Part shown: one piece after another, positions 48,878 through 63,900 of the stretch
Layout: each line of letters opens with the position of its first letter
How positions within the stretch are numbered: the stretch's first letter is position 1
Origin: Perkinsus chesapeaki ATCC PRA-425
Taxonomy: Eukaryota > Protista > Perkinsozoa
Assembly (NCBI GenBank): GCA_013115145.1
Contig: JAAPAO010000052.1
Coordinates: 1-64,000, forward strand
Reading direction: 5' to 3'
Length of the DNA stretch: 64,000 nucleotides
The notes under the pieces: generated by a model
What the model was told of the DNA's origin: nothing
Database searches by the model: none
Seen by the model: only the letters and a program-made list of their open reading frames with translations
Made by a program: the position numbers and the translations under genes

Positions 48878-51204
48878 TTAGTCACCACCCGAGGCCCCTG
48901 ACATTTGTAGTTTCATCATCTTCGATCGCCGCTCACCTGAATAACAATGGCAAAGCATAACATTACAAGCATTAGCTAACCTTCATGCTGCTGTTGCATC
49001 CGAGAATGCATCATCATATGCCTTTGTCGTTTGGCATCCTTTAATTTCATACCATGACAGCAAATGCTATTATTAAGCTGAACATCCTGGGGTTTGCAGG
49101 GGAGAGGGTGTTCAGTGGTTAAAAATGGATGCTCGAGACATTGAGGTGTCTGAATGGTACACGCTGTTGTCTACTTACATTAGTCACACTCACCCTAACC
49201 CGCTTCAATGGCTCCTTATGCAGCATTTGTAACACTAAGTCAGCTCCACCAATCGTTATGACGTTACGTAGGAGCTAATATAGGTACGCAAATGATATCA
49301 GACTTATAGCCGTACAGTGAGAAGTTTGCACTGTTGTTGATCGTCACCGGCAGATGCTCCAAGCTGCATCATACCTGGGGTGCTGGGGTCTGGTAAAGAT
49401 CGGATCTCTGGAGACGTTATCGGATCCTAGGAGAAGTGATATGAAACACTTACAAGACGGTACACTCACCAGTGGAGTTAACGTCTTAAATGCTGGATTG
49501 CCTGGGTCGCCCGTTGGCTCTGCGCTCGGGGATGTCGGGGAGTCTGGTCTAGGCGGGGCCTTACCCTGATAATAAAAATGACTAATACCCGTGTTGATCA
49601 TAACGCGTACCGTGAACTCGTTGTAGAGCGGTAAATCCTCCCAGAATGGTGGGAAAGGTTCCCCAAGATGCTCGACTATTAAGTTAAAAACCTACATTGA
49701 TGTATTATGAAATAACAACGCTATATTTGAACACCGACGCCCTTCTCTTTATCTGCTGCAAAAATGGGTTTCTGCAAGAGTAACTCAGCCAGTATGGCGC
49801 CAACTGACCATATATCCACTTCTGGGCCATACGTCGTACCTAATGATGATAGTATCAACTAATAGGTGGATAATAGGCTGTTACTTCCAAGTAGTAGCTC
49901 TGGCGGTCGATACCAGAGAGTGATGACTTTATTAGTGTAGATATGAGGTAGGCCATCTCCTGCGTTACTATCCTCACTAGAACACTGCCCTTTATCGGCC
50001 TAATCAAAAAAGGGTGAGTTCCTGTAAGAGGTGAAACACGTGTTACCTTCCGTTGGCGTTCCTCTACTCGCAAGACATCCTCCTCATCTGGGTCTGCTAC
50101 TGACATACACTCTCTTGCTAGACCAAAGTCAGCTAGTTTGAGAACTCCACTGAAGAAAGCCTATAAAGCATTGGACTCTTGGCAGCAGGGTTGCTACTTC
50201 CTATCCACTAGCAGATTGGCACACTTTAAATCTCTGTGTACTATACCATTTAGGTGGCAATAATCTAGGGCCCTCAGCGTCTGAATTATCATGCACTTTA
50301 CTTCTGGTATCTGATATACCGTAATAAAGGAAGATAACTCTACAGCTTACAGTTAGCATTCTTTTCCGTTCCTCTAGTATGCCGCTTAAATCATGTTGTG
50401 CAAACTCCTCCACCATATAGAGACTTCCTCTAAATAACAGGGCAGTCAATTAATGATAAGAAAAAATCACAAATGATATATTCCACTTCAAAGGAGCCAA
50501 CCAGTAGTACATATATACTGAGCTATATACTGTATGTGCATGATCTATTGTACGTCATCGCTGAGAATCATAATACTATGTATAGTACAGAGGCAAGGGT
50601 AATGCTCCCCCTTACCTATTCCTATTATGTGCTGTGGCTGCACTACTGCATAACCCATATAATCTAACAATATTGGGGCCATTAGCTAACTGACTTAGGA
50701 TACGTATCTCTCTCACTACCTAACAATGAGGCAGATGAATAATATACATCATAATAGTAGTAGCTTACAGATTTAGGTAGACCATCTTTACATACATCTC
50801 CTTCACCTAATCGTAACTTCTTTAAAGCAACAAGTATACCCGTTTTCTTATGGCGAGCCTTGAACACAGCACCATATGTACCTGTTAACTTTGAGTATTA
50901 ATTAATAATAAGATATCTTTACTATACCTTGACCAACTTGCTCGAGCTTCTCAAATCCAGATATACCATCCTTACATATCTCATCGGCTGTATAACCACT
51001 ACTGCCAGCGTTGGTATATGCATCCCCCCTGCATGATGTATTATCATGCTGTTGCTTATCGTGTGATGCTTACCTATTATCGTTATTCCAGTTAGTTGAT
51101 GAGGATGAAGACGAGGATTGAACGGTAAATTCCTGAGCATAGTAGGAGGTCCCAGCAGGGGGAGGCATCACTGTAGATGATGATGAAGATGAACGGCCAT
51201 ACAT
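48878..51204 (-). CDS. Cyclin-dependent kinase, CDK9/CDK12-like
   Basis: GTYGAVFKAR, VALKKL, cyclin helix DGLPKS|VVREIRIL, HRDLK, LKLADFGLAR, VTLWYRPPELLLG, VDIWSVG, HPFLTTEHPLPC. Confidence 0.92.
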
Positions 51205-51756
51205 TTTTAAAGAGTAGGCCGTCAAGATAACAGTCACATTGAGGTAACTCAAGTTGGGAAAGGAGAGGGAACCAGAAACGCAAGATGTAACATAGGCAAT
51301 AGTCGGTTATGATAGTTATGATAGCATAGGACAGAGGACTCCTCTGAGAGGAGGATAGCCAAACAAGAGGACTTATAGGTTACACACAGAGAGCCTCAAG
51401 CAACAATTATTAGACACAATCGAATGAGCTACAATAGATTATGGGATCTTGCTAAAGACCCATTATACTGAATCCACAAAGGTCACCCGAACACAAAGGT
51501 ATGAGCTAATAGTAGATCAGACAAAAATTCAACAGTTAGTCTGCACCACTTCCTATATACGTTATATAATGAAGTAGTAGTAGTATTATAGATAGAATAA
51601 AGGTAGTATACGAGTAGTAGGCATTATGTACACAAACTTAAATAGATTATAAGGTCAGCATCACCAACAGCAGCAGCAGCCTCAGACTAAGAAGAGGCCT
51701 AGCCTCCACTTCGTATACGTTATATAGTAATTCTTCTTCCTCTTTATTAGTAATAT

Positions 51757-54700
51757 TTACTCACAAGAGCTCATGTGTCGTCTAGCATACTGTCGTTGGT
51801 CGTTGAGGCCTCTATAAAGTCCTCGCCAACCACTATCTCCAACACCAGCATTATCCTCTGTTACATCATCTCTACGGTTACCATTCATACTACTGCTATT
51901 ATTATGATGGCTACCTCGGGACTTTGTACTTCCTCGTCGATCCCCACCACGACGAGACTTCCTTTTTATCTTTAAAGCGATAACTTCACGCGATAACCTT
52001 GTAGCCATAATAGCATGAAATTGCATAGCCGACTTTGGATGTTCATGTTCTAACCTCAATAAGCTATCTCTTGGTAATAATAATATGGTGGAATAAGAAT
52101 CAGCTACCATCGTATTCGAATGTGGGTATACACCATATACTGCACTATCACATAAGAAGTCACCAGACCCAACAACTCTTATACGATGGTTTTGACGTCT
52201 TGTTCTTGGTATATCCATAGCTGGACCAACCCTTGCTGCAGTAAGAGGGCTAAAGTCACCACCCATATGAGTATGTACCCTCACTGGCCCTGTGTATAAG
52301 CTTAATTCTCCAGAGACTATCAAATACGCTCCTTTTGCTATCTGTCCTTCTTCATATACAACATCACCAAGTGATACCTCCATACGTTGCATTTTGGATA
52401 GTAATGGTTCCACTAGGGAGTCCCCGAATATCTTTGCAACCAATCGGCGACATAAACTGTTTATCATAGTAGCTCTATCTTCTTCTGACTCATATACTGG
52501 TTGTTGCTCATACATATCATAAGATAGATTAGCAAGATCCTCATAGCTCTCTAGGCTCGGTAGACCGGAATAGTGACTGAGATTAACACTAGATAGGCCA
52601 AAGTTATCTGAGGCAAGAACTCCTTCGTGTTCATCCTCAGCACCAATCAGTGATGATGTGGATGTATGGGAGGAGCTTCTACCAGGGAGCATGCCAGACT
52701 CCAACATCTCAAACTGTGATAGTTTAGTAACAATACATTTATCTTCTACATATTCTAAAGCTGTATCAATATCATCAAACACCTTAGCTTGCTTAACAAA
52801 CTTTTTTACTTGATTCACTAAATTATCTCGGGTGAGATTTGCAATGACAAATCTAGCACCATCGGCCATGGGTAGAAGGCTAGGTATCTTATTAAGGGAG
52901 ACTAATGCACTAGAGTCGATAGAGGTTAGGGATTCAAAGTCCAAGACTAGATAACGAGTATTCTTAAAATCATTCGTATAACTAGTAAGGGCTTGAGAGA
53001 ATCTAGCACCAGAACCAAAGAATAGACTATTAATGATTGTCTTTGCGACAACTATAGTCTTATCTTGAAAGGAGTCATCAAGTATATTCATCTCTTCTAT
53101 TGTCCTAAAAGACATGTATCATAATAAGGAGAAGGAGGAAGGGTACGTGTTCATACCTAGCTTTGGTGCTCCTCACGTCAGTTTCAAATGTTACCACTGG
53201 AGCAGAGGATTCACGAAGTGTGAAATAACTAAAGATGGTATAATAAATGATAATATGTATAATGCCTCTTACATGCAGCATAAAGCTAGGCCTGCACAGA
53301 TAGCCCATACCACTCCTTTGAATAAATACGTAACCTAAGTCAGTTATGGATGCTAAGCCAATAGATATGATGTCGGCTGTTGTAAGGGGCCGGGAAAAGC
53401 ACGAGCACACCTTACTGCAATCAGTGCCACGACGAACTTCTCTGAACCATTAACTAGATGTCTGGGATCCCAAACCCCATCGAGTAGGTAACCAAAGGCT
53501 ATATGATACAGCATACCTGAATAACAGGAATGTTATTATGATATTCAACACCACCTTTAGAGCCCCCCATACCAGCAACCCATGGTTTAGGGACGAACTG
53601 GAGCAAGCTTTGACCAACAAGTAACCATACAAAACAGCTAACAGCATAAAAGAAGCCAGACCATCTTGTAGTGCCACCCCCAGCATCTTGATTAATACGG
53701 GTATTGGAATAGGACACATAAGAAGCGGAACCTGAATGGTTACTAGCAGGAAAGGTAAGGATGAATTAGCAGTTGTTGTTACCTCCCATAAGCCCACATA
53801 CAGTATTTGAGACAGCAGCACGCTCTATCTCAGACTTCATGTTTAATTCTACATGGGATGCAGCTTCCAATGGGACCTGAAAGGGAGGGGTTATAGTATT
53901 GGAGCATAGAGTGAAGACGATGATGTACTTACAACTGCACCTGCACTCATATCAACAAAGTATACAACAAACATAGAAAAGATAGCCACTGCATACTCAG
54001 AGAATAGGTAGCCGTAATCAAAGGTGAGAGGGTTACCATAGTCTTCAACAAGAGCAGTTAATGGTTGGTAAGGGAGAGAAGCAAACAACCATTTATTATC
54101 ACGTGCTTCACTAAGTGATAAACCTAGTATACCGCAGATAAGACCATAGAGTAGAAAGAGTTCAATTATGAATATACAAGGTAGTATAAGAGGGTTAGGG
54201 AACCATCGACTACCGAATCTATTCATAAGACCGCATAGACAACCAGCTATAGATTGAAGTAAAAGTGTTTCATCCGTCATAGTATGACTGAAATCAGCAA
54301 ATGTTTTAATGGTGAATCCAACAGCAGTATCATTAGATGATTTACACATAGCTAAACCAACAGCCGTGAAGAAGCCATAGATGACTGGTTGAGGGAAACC
54401 AGACTTAATAGTATTAAGATAGTCTCTACCAATAAGTACTATGACAAATAGGAATAATCCAAATGCTAGAGTAGTTGCACCAAATATTGTTAGTACTTGC
54501 GATACAGCTAATTTAGCATTGCTACCAGCAGCTTCAACATAGGCAGCTGTGATGGTGGATAGGAATGGTAAACCAACACTTGAAGGGGCTGCTATTAAAC
54601 CCTTTATCTTATGATTACAATGAAATAACTGACTAACCATAGCTGATATTAATATAGAGTTCTGGCATACACCAATCCATGGTGCAATAAGAGGATCAGA

Positions 54701-55233
54701 GAAGTATACTGAAGCCAAGGAGACGATACGAAACACAATAACCAAACCAGATATAACACCACCAGCCACAGGCTTGGCCTAAGATAACAATGTGTATTGT
54801 GGTAGTGTAATAAATCCTACCATTGCCGATAATGATATGATCCTCCTTTTCTCATTGTGTCCACCATTATTCTTATGCTCTGATGATCCATCGTCCGTCT
54901 CTAAAGGCTGCTGTTGCTGCTGAAGTTGATTGATGTTACGTTGTGGCACTAATAGGTTAGGAGCTGATGCTGTACGGGTCAACTAAAGGAGGACTATCAT
55001 GAAATGAAGGAAGTATTGCTTACTCCCACACCACCACTGGGTGAGCGATGAAGGGTTCGAGCTGGCCTGGTCGAGCTCCCTACAGTAGAGCCACTGCCAC
55101 CAGCACGACCATCTTCGAGACTTTCTTCAACTGATATAGCACGAGCAACACTGTTTGACTTAATAATATCTTCCTCCTCTTTTTTATGTGGCCTTTGATA
55201 TCCTGAGTCTGATGATAAGAGCGGTACGTCCAT
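51757..55233 (-). CDS. SulP/SLC26 transporter with STAS and cyclic-nucleotide-binding domains (Vsb1-like architecture)
   Basis: TM core (IKSGFPQPVIYGFFTAVG), STAS (SLFFGSG...YLVLDFESLTSIDSSA...FDDIDTALEYVED) and cNMP domain (VYEEGQIAKGAYLIVSGEL...VGSGDFL). Confidence 0.9.
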
Positions 55234-55543
55234 CTTCAAGGTTAGTAGAAGTAGGGTGGTCGGGGGTAGGAGAAGAAGGAGAAGGGGACAATAACAAACT
55301 TTACAGTGCACCAATCAAAGCTAGAAAAGAACAGCAGATATGCGTACCCTGGAATATATATAACACTGATACATCATAAAGAAACACACGAGAAGTGATG
55401 ATGACGGTAGTGGTAGTGAAGAGGTGTTGATAAGAAGAAGATGATTAATGCAAGTCTACCTCTTCTTCTTCATCATCATCACTGCTATTTAACAGATCAT
55501 CCCATTCCGAATCATCTGAAACCAAGCCATTATAATTGCATAA

Positions 55544-57717
55544 TTACAATTGTAAGGTCGGACCATCATTACCATAGCCACCAGTCTCCTCCTCCTCATA
55601 ATCATCAACATCTGTTATTATAGGTGGTTCCTGTTCATTTAATGTCTCACGTCCCTCCTTCTGCTTCCTCTTTTCATGGAACTCCTCTCGAAGTCTTTGC
55701 TTCTCATCCTTCTCATTCGATCTCTTTCCCTCTTCCCTCGTCTGGGACTTAGCCTTTGGCTGTTTAGGTGGTCGGATGGCTGTATAAGGAGGAGGAGTAT
55801 AACGATGGTAGCGGAGTAGTAGCTTACATATAGATGGTAGTTGAAGCATTTCACGCATATTAGGGGAGTTACCAGCATCACACTCACTTAAGAATGATAC
55901 TGAAATATAACATGTTACGAGTTGTTGAGGGGTCCCGCATGGGGGGGGCACTCCTTCAAGCTCTTGCTCACCTGCATCATAGTCCCTTTCTAGCTCCTTA
56001 CCCTTACTTGTTAAAGGTAATACTTCAACCATACCTAGTATAATACTATGCCTTATAATAGAGCAGAATACATACCTTTAGTTAAGCCATCTAAGTCAAC
56101 CTTCCTATCGGGTGTGTTAAGGCACATAAAGGACAGGTTCTTCTTCTTCTTATTAGACTGTTGCTGATTATCATCCCCTTCTCTTTTAGCGGCCACCACT
56201 GCTGGGTCTAGTTTCAACTGTAAGGTGGAGGATGTTAACTATGACCTAGTTGCTGCTGCTGCTGTTTAATACCCTATATTTAGCAGTATCAAGTGCCACA
56301 ACACGCATCCCTCTATGAGATTTCATAGCTTCTCTAACAACCTTTTTAACAGCATCGGGGAACTTGGATCGATACCTTTGAAGAATAAGAAGAAATAACT
56401 GTATGACTGTAAGAGGTGGTAGTGTCATCACCCTATAAGCAAGCATTTCTGTCGACTAAGGCACATACTGTCTAATTGCTTAGCGTTCTTAGCAAACCTA
56501 AAATACACCAAGATAGTAGCAAAGGTAGTCTCCATTTCACTACGCCTACCTTACAATAGGTCTTGTATTGGCTTTAGTGAACTCAACTACAGTCTGAGAG
56601 TTAGCCATAGAGTTGGCGTTCAACTGGATAGGACGATCACCATTAGCAACTACGAATGCTGGCATGAGGTTGTTAGAGAACTTATATCTATAAGGTAAAT
56701 GAGTGTAATGGTAGTAGTAGTACGGCGTAATGTAGTACTTCTGATAGATGCTTTTGCCTGTATCAGGTAAAGGCTGATGACAGTCCATAGTATAGGTTGA
56801 TGCTATACCACGAAGGTCTCTATCAGCTTCTTTTAATACCTATATCAATAATACTATCGGGATAATCGTATTATGCCGGTGGCGACTGCCAATATCTTAC
56901 AGGAGGTATCTTATTGACCTTGAGGCTTTTATCAAAACAGTAGACGAGAGCAGGCTCTCCAGATAGCAACACCTTAGTAATGTGATGCGTTGTTGAGAGT
57001 GATGTGATTAACTGCTGCCTACCTGTCTTAAGGCTGTACTATCCTGGATATCGATATGCTTGAAACCAGCAGCGAAAAAGTCGTAAATTGTGAATACCTA
57101 TTAGGTAGAATAAGTAACAGGTGGAGCAGGATGTAGTGGACTTACAGTAGATAGGGCGCCAGCACTGAACAGTGATAAAAATAGTAAGCCTATGGATGCT
57201 TTCTTCCATGTAAACTAAAAAACATTAAGTCGATATGAGTTATCCTCCTCCTCCTTCTCAGTAAGGTTAATACCCCTTCAGAATCTCTGGATCGTTTAGT
57301 AGATGCAGCCTTCTGTGCAGCAGCTAATGCCCTCTCTTGCTTCCTGATAATAAACCATACCAACGAAAATACCGTTAACAATCATACTCATCAACATTGG
57401 CATAATACACCTTCCCTCCTCCTCCTCCATTAGCTTGCTGCTGCTTACGATGGCGTGGTTGATTATGATGATGTTTGGTATCCTCGTTAGTAGCACCTTC
57501 GGCTTTGAAGGACTCGAAGAGCGCTTTCTAAAAAACGCGCGAGTCAATATTATGAATTAAGAATAGTAGTAAGAATCTTCACCACCTTATCACTTCCAAC
57601 TGCATATCTATCTACGTCATCATCCCCAAAAAGCTTAGCCATATCCTCCTTCTTAGGGGCATCACCACCGACACCATCACCGGCACCATCTGCTTTATTA
57701 CGAGATCGAGGGGCCAT
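55544..57717 (-). CDS. Multi-exon hypothetical protein with a probable TM segment, possible thioredoxin-like folds and a charged C-terminus
   Basis: MAPRSRNK start, GT-AG-flanked exons, ends ...GPTLQL*. No diagnostic motif recognised. Confidence 0.55.
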
Positions 57718-57984
57718 ATTATAATAGACCCAAAACTAAGTATGGTAATGGTTAGATTAGGTAATAAGAATACAACAGAGCACTATGGTTGGAGAAACTC
57801 TATTTAGAAAGTCACATTAGGTAGTAGACTAGGATAAATCAAGTACTGATAAGAATCAGTGTTAATATCCTATTCATTATCATCATCATTATTACAATTA
57901 CCACATAGCAATAGTAATATGAGAGGGTACGTTATCATACAAGATGAAGAAGAAGAACAGCAGTAATAAAGAAGAGTATCATCA

Positions 57985-60900
57985 TTATACTAATAATGCA
58001 TCATGGACAAATGTACGGTATGATACTATATCGCTAAGTAAACCATCCACCTCAGCCTCAACACCAGCAGCAGCATCATCATCATCATCATCGGTTGTAT
58101 GGTAGCCCTGCTGCTCTATGGTAGAATGAGGCACTGCCGGCGAGGGCATCATCATCATCCAGCTAAGGCATTATAATATAACTGTTATTAAAGTATATCT
58201 TACCTTAAATTAAGATGCAAATAGCGTTGATGGAATCTATTAATATAATCAGATAAGGTAAGGTATTGGGATATACGCTCCTGATAATAAAATATATAGG
58301 AAAGAGTAAACAACAAAGTAGTAGCAATAATAATAATAGTACAGCATCGAAGGTTAGTATTAATGTAGCTGGATTCTTAAGTAGCAATGATACTGTATCT
58401 TGTAATGCTCTAAAATCACCTAATAATGGAGGTTTATGATAATAACGAGTGCCTAATAGAGTAACACCTTCACCCCCATCATGGTCCATATCATCAACCT
58501 TCCTTCTAACATATGATAGTATATCCAATACAGTTCCTCTAGGATCTCCTCTATTAAGACTCAGAGGTACCTACATCATCATTATTATTATTATGAGTAT
58601 AATAAGTGTTATTGTTGTTGTATCATCCCCATACCTGGCATATATGGCAGAATACTCTAGCATCACCATGATACTGGCTTGGGGTTCTAGACAAGTCATC
58701 TAAAGTGGGGCTCTTGTTATGGGGGTCATTACGGGTAATGGTACTATTATACCGTGGATGATGATGCTCTAACTGAATAAGATAATGAGTAAAATATATT
58801 ACACATGATGATGATGATGACATACGTGGAAAGGTGTATCATACATACGAACGGTGCTGGGTGGCCTCTCAGTAGCGCAAGATGTCGGCGGTGATGGTGC
58901 TCTGTTAGTAGTCGTAGGGATAGGCAATCTCCTTATCGAGTCAAGTATAGACTGAGGATCCCTAAAGTATAAGGCTGCTGCTGTTGCTGTTGCTTCTTAT
59001 GTAGCACTAAGAGTAACTCTTACCTTAATAATGGATGACATGCTGTAGTCGCTAATGGTTCTCTATAGCATGGTCGACGTCTGACCATACGAGAGAGGTA
59101 GTCCTAATAAGAAACAGAGGATAGGAGGGAGAGTGTACTAGGCAGCAGCAGCAGGCTACTAAGAATAGTGGATCAAGATGACGACCAAATAGCTGCTTGC
59201 AAGTAGTGGTGGTCTGGTGAGCATCGGCTGTTGCTGTTGCTGGATCAGGTAGCCTGTCCTCCCATTGTTTGGGGCGTACACCAGTAATAGCAAATAATAT
59301 AACAGCACCAAGTCCCCATACATCAACCTATTAGTAGGTAATAATTATATTATGATAATAAGGTATATGGTTATTATTACTAAAGACCAGTCTATATCAC
59401 TCAATAGGGATTCAATACTATGTACATCATAATCATCCTCATCACTTAACATCTGGAGTATATGCGCCACCTGAAAGGGTATAATGGTAAATGGCAGTAG
59501 GAGCAGAGTATAGGGTATTACTACCTCTGGTGGATACCACCCTTCTTTAGCATGCCCCTCTGACAGTATCTCCTTAGCTTTCTTCTTGACTATCATCCTC
59601 ATTGTGGTATCATCATATTGCCTTCCACCTCCTTGGCCTGCTGCTGTTGTAGTATGACCCTCAGTCAGCTCGCTGCTGCTTGTCGAGCATGGTCTTATTT
59701 TATTAATTATATCCAACAGCTTAACTTTACCAATCTGACACATATTAACAGGCATACCAAAGCAGCAGCAGCAGCAGCAGCAGCTCGTAGACGTACATGA
59801 TCGCCAATTCTAAAAATGACTCTAGATCCCGATGGTCGTGATCCTGATGGTAGATCGACTAATACATTATTAGCTGATAATCGGCCATGATATATATTAA
59901 AGAACTGATAACAATAATACAAGTAAGGATGTTGTTATTGACGTATAACATGAGGCGTACATGCATACGCTGTAGGCCTGCGGTCAAGTCTCTAGCTAAT
60001 ATCTGTACCATATCACCAGATAGTGCAGTACTAGATGGATCTGATAATATTAATAATAATAATATGATGAAGGGTAATGTAAGTAGTAGTACCAGTAGTA
60101 TCTATAGATGCACCAAAGCCTGCTAACATCTCATTCAATGACATATCACATTCTGTTATAGTAACCACAATCTTACCAGTCGACTAAGAGAGCAGGCGTA
60201 ATGCTATATTTGTAGTGCTAGTATTGGTGGATAATGATTAATACCTCCTCATATATATGAGATATATTAACAATATTAGTATGTGGTGATCGGGCCAATA
60301 ATGCTAATTCACGGACTATCTGTCGTATACCCCCTACTCTTGACAAACATCTATTATGGTATATCTGAAGAAGAAGAAACCTTTAAGGATGATGATGATG
60401 ACGATGCTAGTTACTGGCTCCTCGAAGGGTCCACTTGTTGAAGGTGATGATGTTGATGATGCTTTATTATTAGATAATAGTATCTATCACTATTACTTAT
60501 ATCATTATTGTTATATATTACTACTACTACCTGATCTGGGAATACTCTTTGTAGGTTATGTAGGAATGCAGTAACATCTCTCTGTTGCTCCTCCCCTTCA
60601 TCCTTTATCGGTATTATCTTAGCCAGGCATTGCTTACCCTGAGTATAACATAGTCGTACGCATAGTCAGTACATTATCATACGTCATCATCATCAATCGA
60701 CTTGTTGCCATTTGTAGACAGCCTTCCTCCTCCTCTTTTTGTTCTTGTATCCTTCTCTTTAGCTCTATGCACACCCTTCGCTCCATGGGCTATATTAGAG
60801 TATACCATCACTCTACCATCGCCCTAATACCCCATCATATTCTTTACCCAGTAGTAGTATTACCATAATATCCCATACTCCTTCTCCTTGTTGTTCCTCT

Positions 60901-63900
60901 GTCTCGCTAAGCTCCCTACTAGATACCCCACTGGCCTCATTTGTAGTACTGGCTATAGACGGTGACACCAATGCCATACCCCTCCTATCTCTAGCCGTTG
61001 CTCCTGCTACTGCCCCCGACTGCTGCTGCTGCTGCTGTCTGACCTAGAATATAATGATCTAACAAACGAGCATTGAGAATGATGGAGAGAGACCCCTATA
61101 ATAGTAGTTGAATACATCCTGTTACTGTTTCCCATTATTAACTGTTTCAGTATACACTGTAGCTGCTATGTCATCGACTATACTATTAATACTGTCATCT
61201 CCACTACTACCACCATCCTCATCATCATCATTAACAGCAAATGATGGTTCTCCTGCTACTAGCCCTCCTGATAGCTCTTGTTGATGCTGTTGTTGAGCTT
61301 GCCTATGTTGTGCACCACTACGGAGGAATGGTGCTAGACATTGACGTAGCTCATCTTGACCTAAGATAGTGTATATAATAATAGTAAGGTATATTAGTAA
61401 TACTACTTAATGGTGATGCTCTTACTTCCTCTGGGCAATGGGCAAATGGACAGTAGTATCTACTTATATACTATGTACTGTATTATTATAATAATATTAT
61501 ACCTAGTACAGCATACATCCTCACATAGGAGAGCTTTATATACCCATGGATGGAATAATACCTCCTCTTCAGAATGTGATAATCGGCAACTACGCCCAAG
61601 TGGACTGAAGGACTATAGGTATAAGGTATTGTTATATACAATAGTTTCTCACCATCTACATCTCATCCTTCTAGGCGGATGATGATGTGTAGTGTTATTA
61701 TTATCAGTTGGATCAGTATCCATCATTATATAACACAATGCTTGGGAATAATGGTCACAGAGTCTCGGCTCATAACTATCAACAACAACAATACTATAAC
61801 ACGTGCTATTATTATATAGTATATCATTATTACCGATACTTTAATGGAGACCTCCTCCTCCATTCTATATTATGACTATATTGGCATCTACCTATACCAT
61901 ACTTACTGCTATATTATATTTATTATTATTACTAGAGAATAGGCATTCCCCAGTAGCAGCAAACCTCTCACAGGTACTGGTACGGAACTTAGCAATATCA
62001 TCATTTGATAGTATCGCTGGTAAAGCCATTATTATTATAACTCTCGGTGGCGTGTTACATTATAATAATACTACTAATAACACAACACTCATACCTTTAT
62101 CATGTATACAACAACCCCAACCTCTATATCATAATCATGGTAAGATGGTGATAATAACATCAACTGCTGCTACTACCCCGAACACCACCACCACCTTGTT
62201 GTTGACCACGTAGTTGTTCTATAGCCTTCTCAGCTTTCTCCCGATATGCCTATACTACTACAGTATATTATTGTATTAGAATGTTGTTGTTACCTTTTCC
62301 TCCTTTAATGCTGTCTCTAGTGGTACTATAGCACGCTTGATCTCATCTTGTACTAACCTCTCTACATCAGCTGATGTCATGGATAAACATGATGATGGTG
62401 AACCCAATACTGATGATGACTTTGCTCTATGACTTGATGATGATGATGATAAAGTAGCAGTATAAGATGTACCCCTACTAGATGCAGTACTACTATGACA
62501 AGAATAACAACCTAATAAAAGTCATGTTAAATACAACCATGCATACCTTACTTGAGCAGATGTCTCGAGACCCAGTAAGATACGAACAAGATGATGCTAG
62601 ACTACTTGCTGATGATGGATAATTATAAGATGATGATGATGACGCTGTACTGGTATGATCGGTTACTGTATTCCCTATATATAACAACAATACTACTACA
62701 GTAATCAAATATACCAAGTATTACCTCTACGTGGAGTAGTTGTTATTGTTTTTATTGGCCTTGGTGGTGGTAATGATGATATACGTCTATTAGACGGTAT
62801 ATTCCTCTTCCTTATACCATTAGACAGCACAGCCTATTATTATATTACCATACCTTATACCTTTATTATTACCTTATCCCCTCCTTGCTGTTGTTTTCTT
62901 TTCATTGACTCTATTGCTGCAGCCACTCTTGAGGCTGCTATGGATGATCTTTTAGATGCTATCTTTTCCCATTGTATACGTTGCTGCCAGAATTGATGAT
63001 CTTCATTAGGACGTCTCATATCTATTATTACTAATAACTATTCCCACTACTACTACTATCACCACCACTCCCATCTAACCCAAGTATTAGGTATAACATG
63101 ATGAAACAGCAACAATAACAACCGTAGTACTGGATAATGCAGTAATGAAGCAGTTAATGGAGGCGATATAACACTAATAGTATTATCATCGATGTGAGCG
63201 TTGTTGCTGTTGTTGCCTTGTTGTTCTCGGTGATCCTTCCCTCGCTCCCCCTCCTTGCGGCTGCTTTCTTCTCCTACTATCTTTTCTATTACGTCTAGGT
63301 GATAATGTTGTATTATCAATATATGGCGTACCATAATAATATTCACTATCTGAGCAGTATGTAGTATCATCATCATCATGCTCTATATACCTAAGTAGCT
63401 ACAGTAATAACAACCCTACTACTTCCTATCCCCCCCTACTCTTGTGGCACTATCCATGTAACATTAGTATCCCGTTCAATAGATGGACTCCTCCTATCTG
63501 ATGATGATGATGCCCCAGACCTATTACTCTATATCACCCGCAACCAACATTATTATATATTACTACCCATAACGATAATGTCGTTGTTGTTGTTGTTGCT
63601 GTTTAGCAGGACTAGTACTATATAGATTACCATAGGTATTATCACTGTCTGGTGGTGGGGGTGGAGGGGGTGGTGGTTGCTGCTGCTGTTGGCCTGGTGT
63701 ATATATCTAATAATCCTATCTTATACCCCGTTATATTATATATTACTACTACCCCTGTACCATATCCTCCTCCTAATAGCTGTGGTTGTTGACCTATACC
63801 CATCCCTCGACCCTAACCCACCATAACAATAGTAATGATCATCCGACCTACTACTACTACCTCCCCTGGTGGTTGATGCTGTCTTCTAGGCTCAAGTAAC

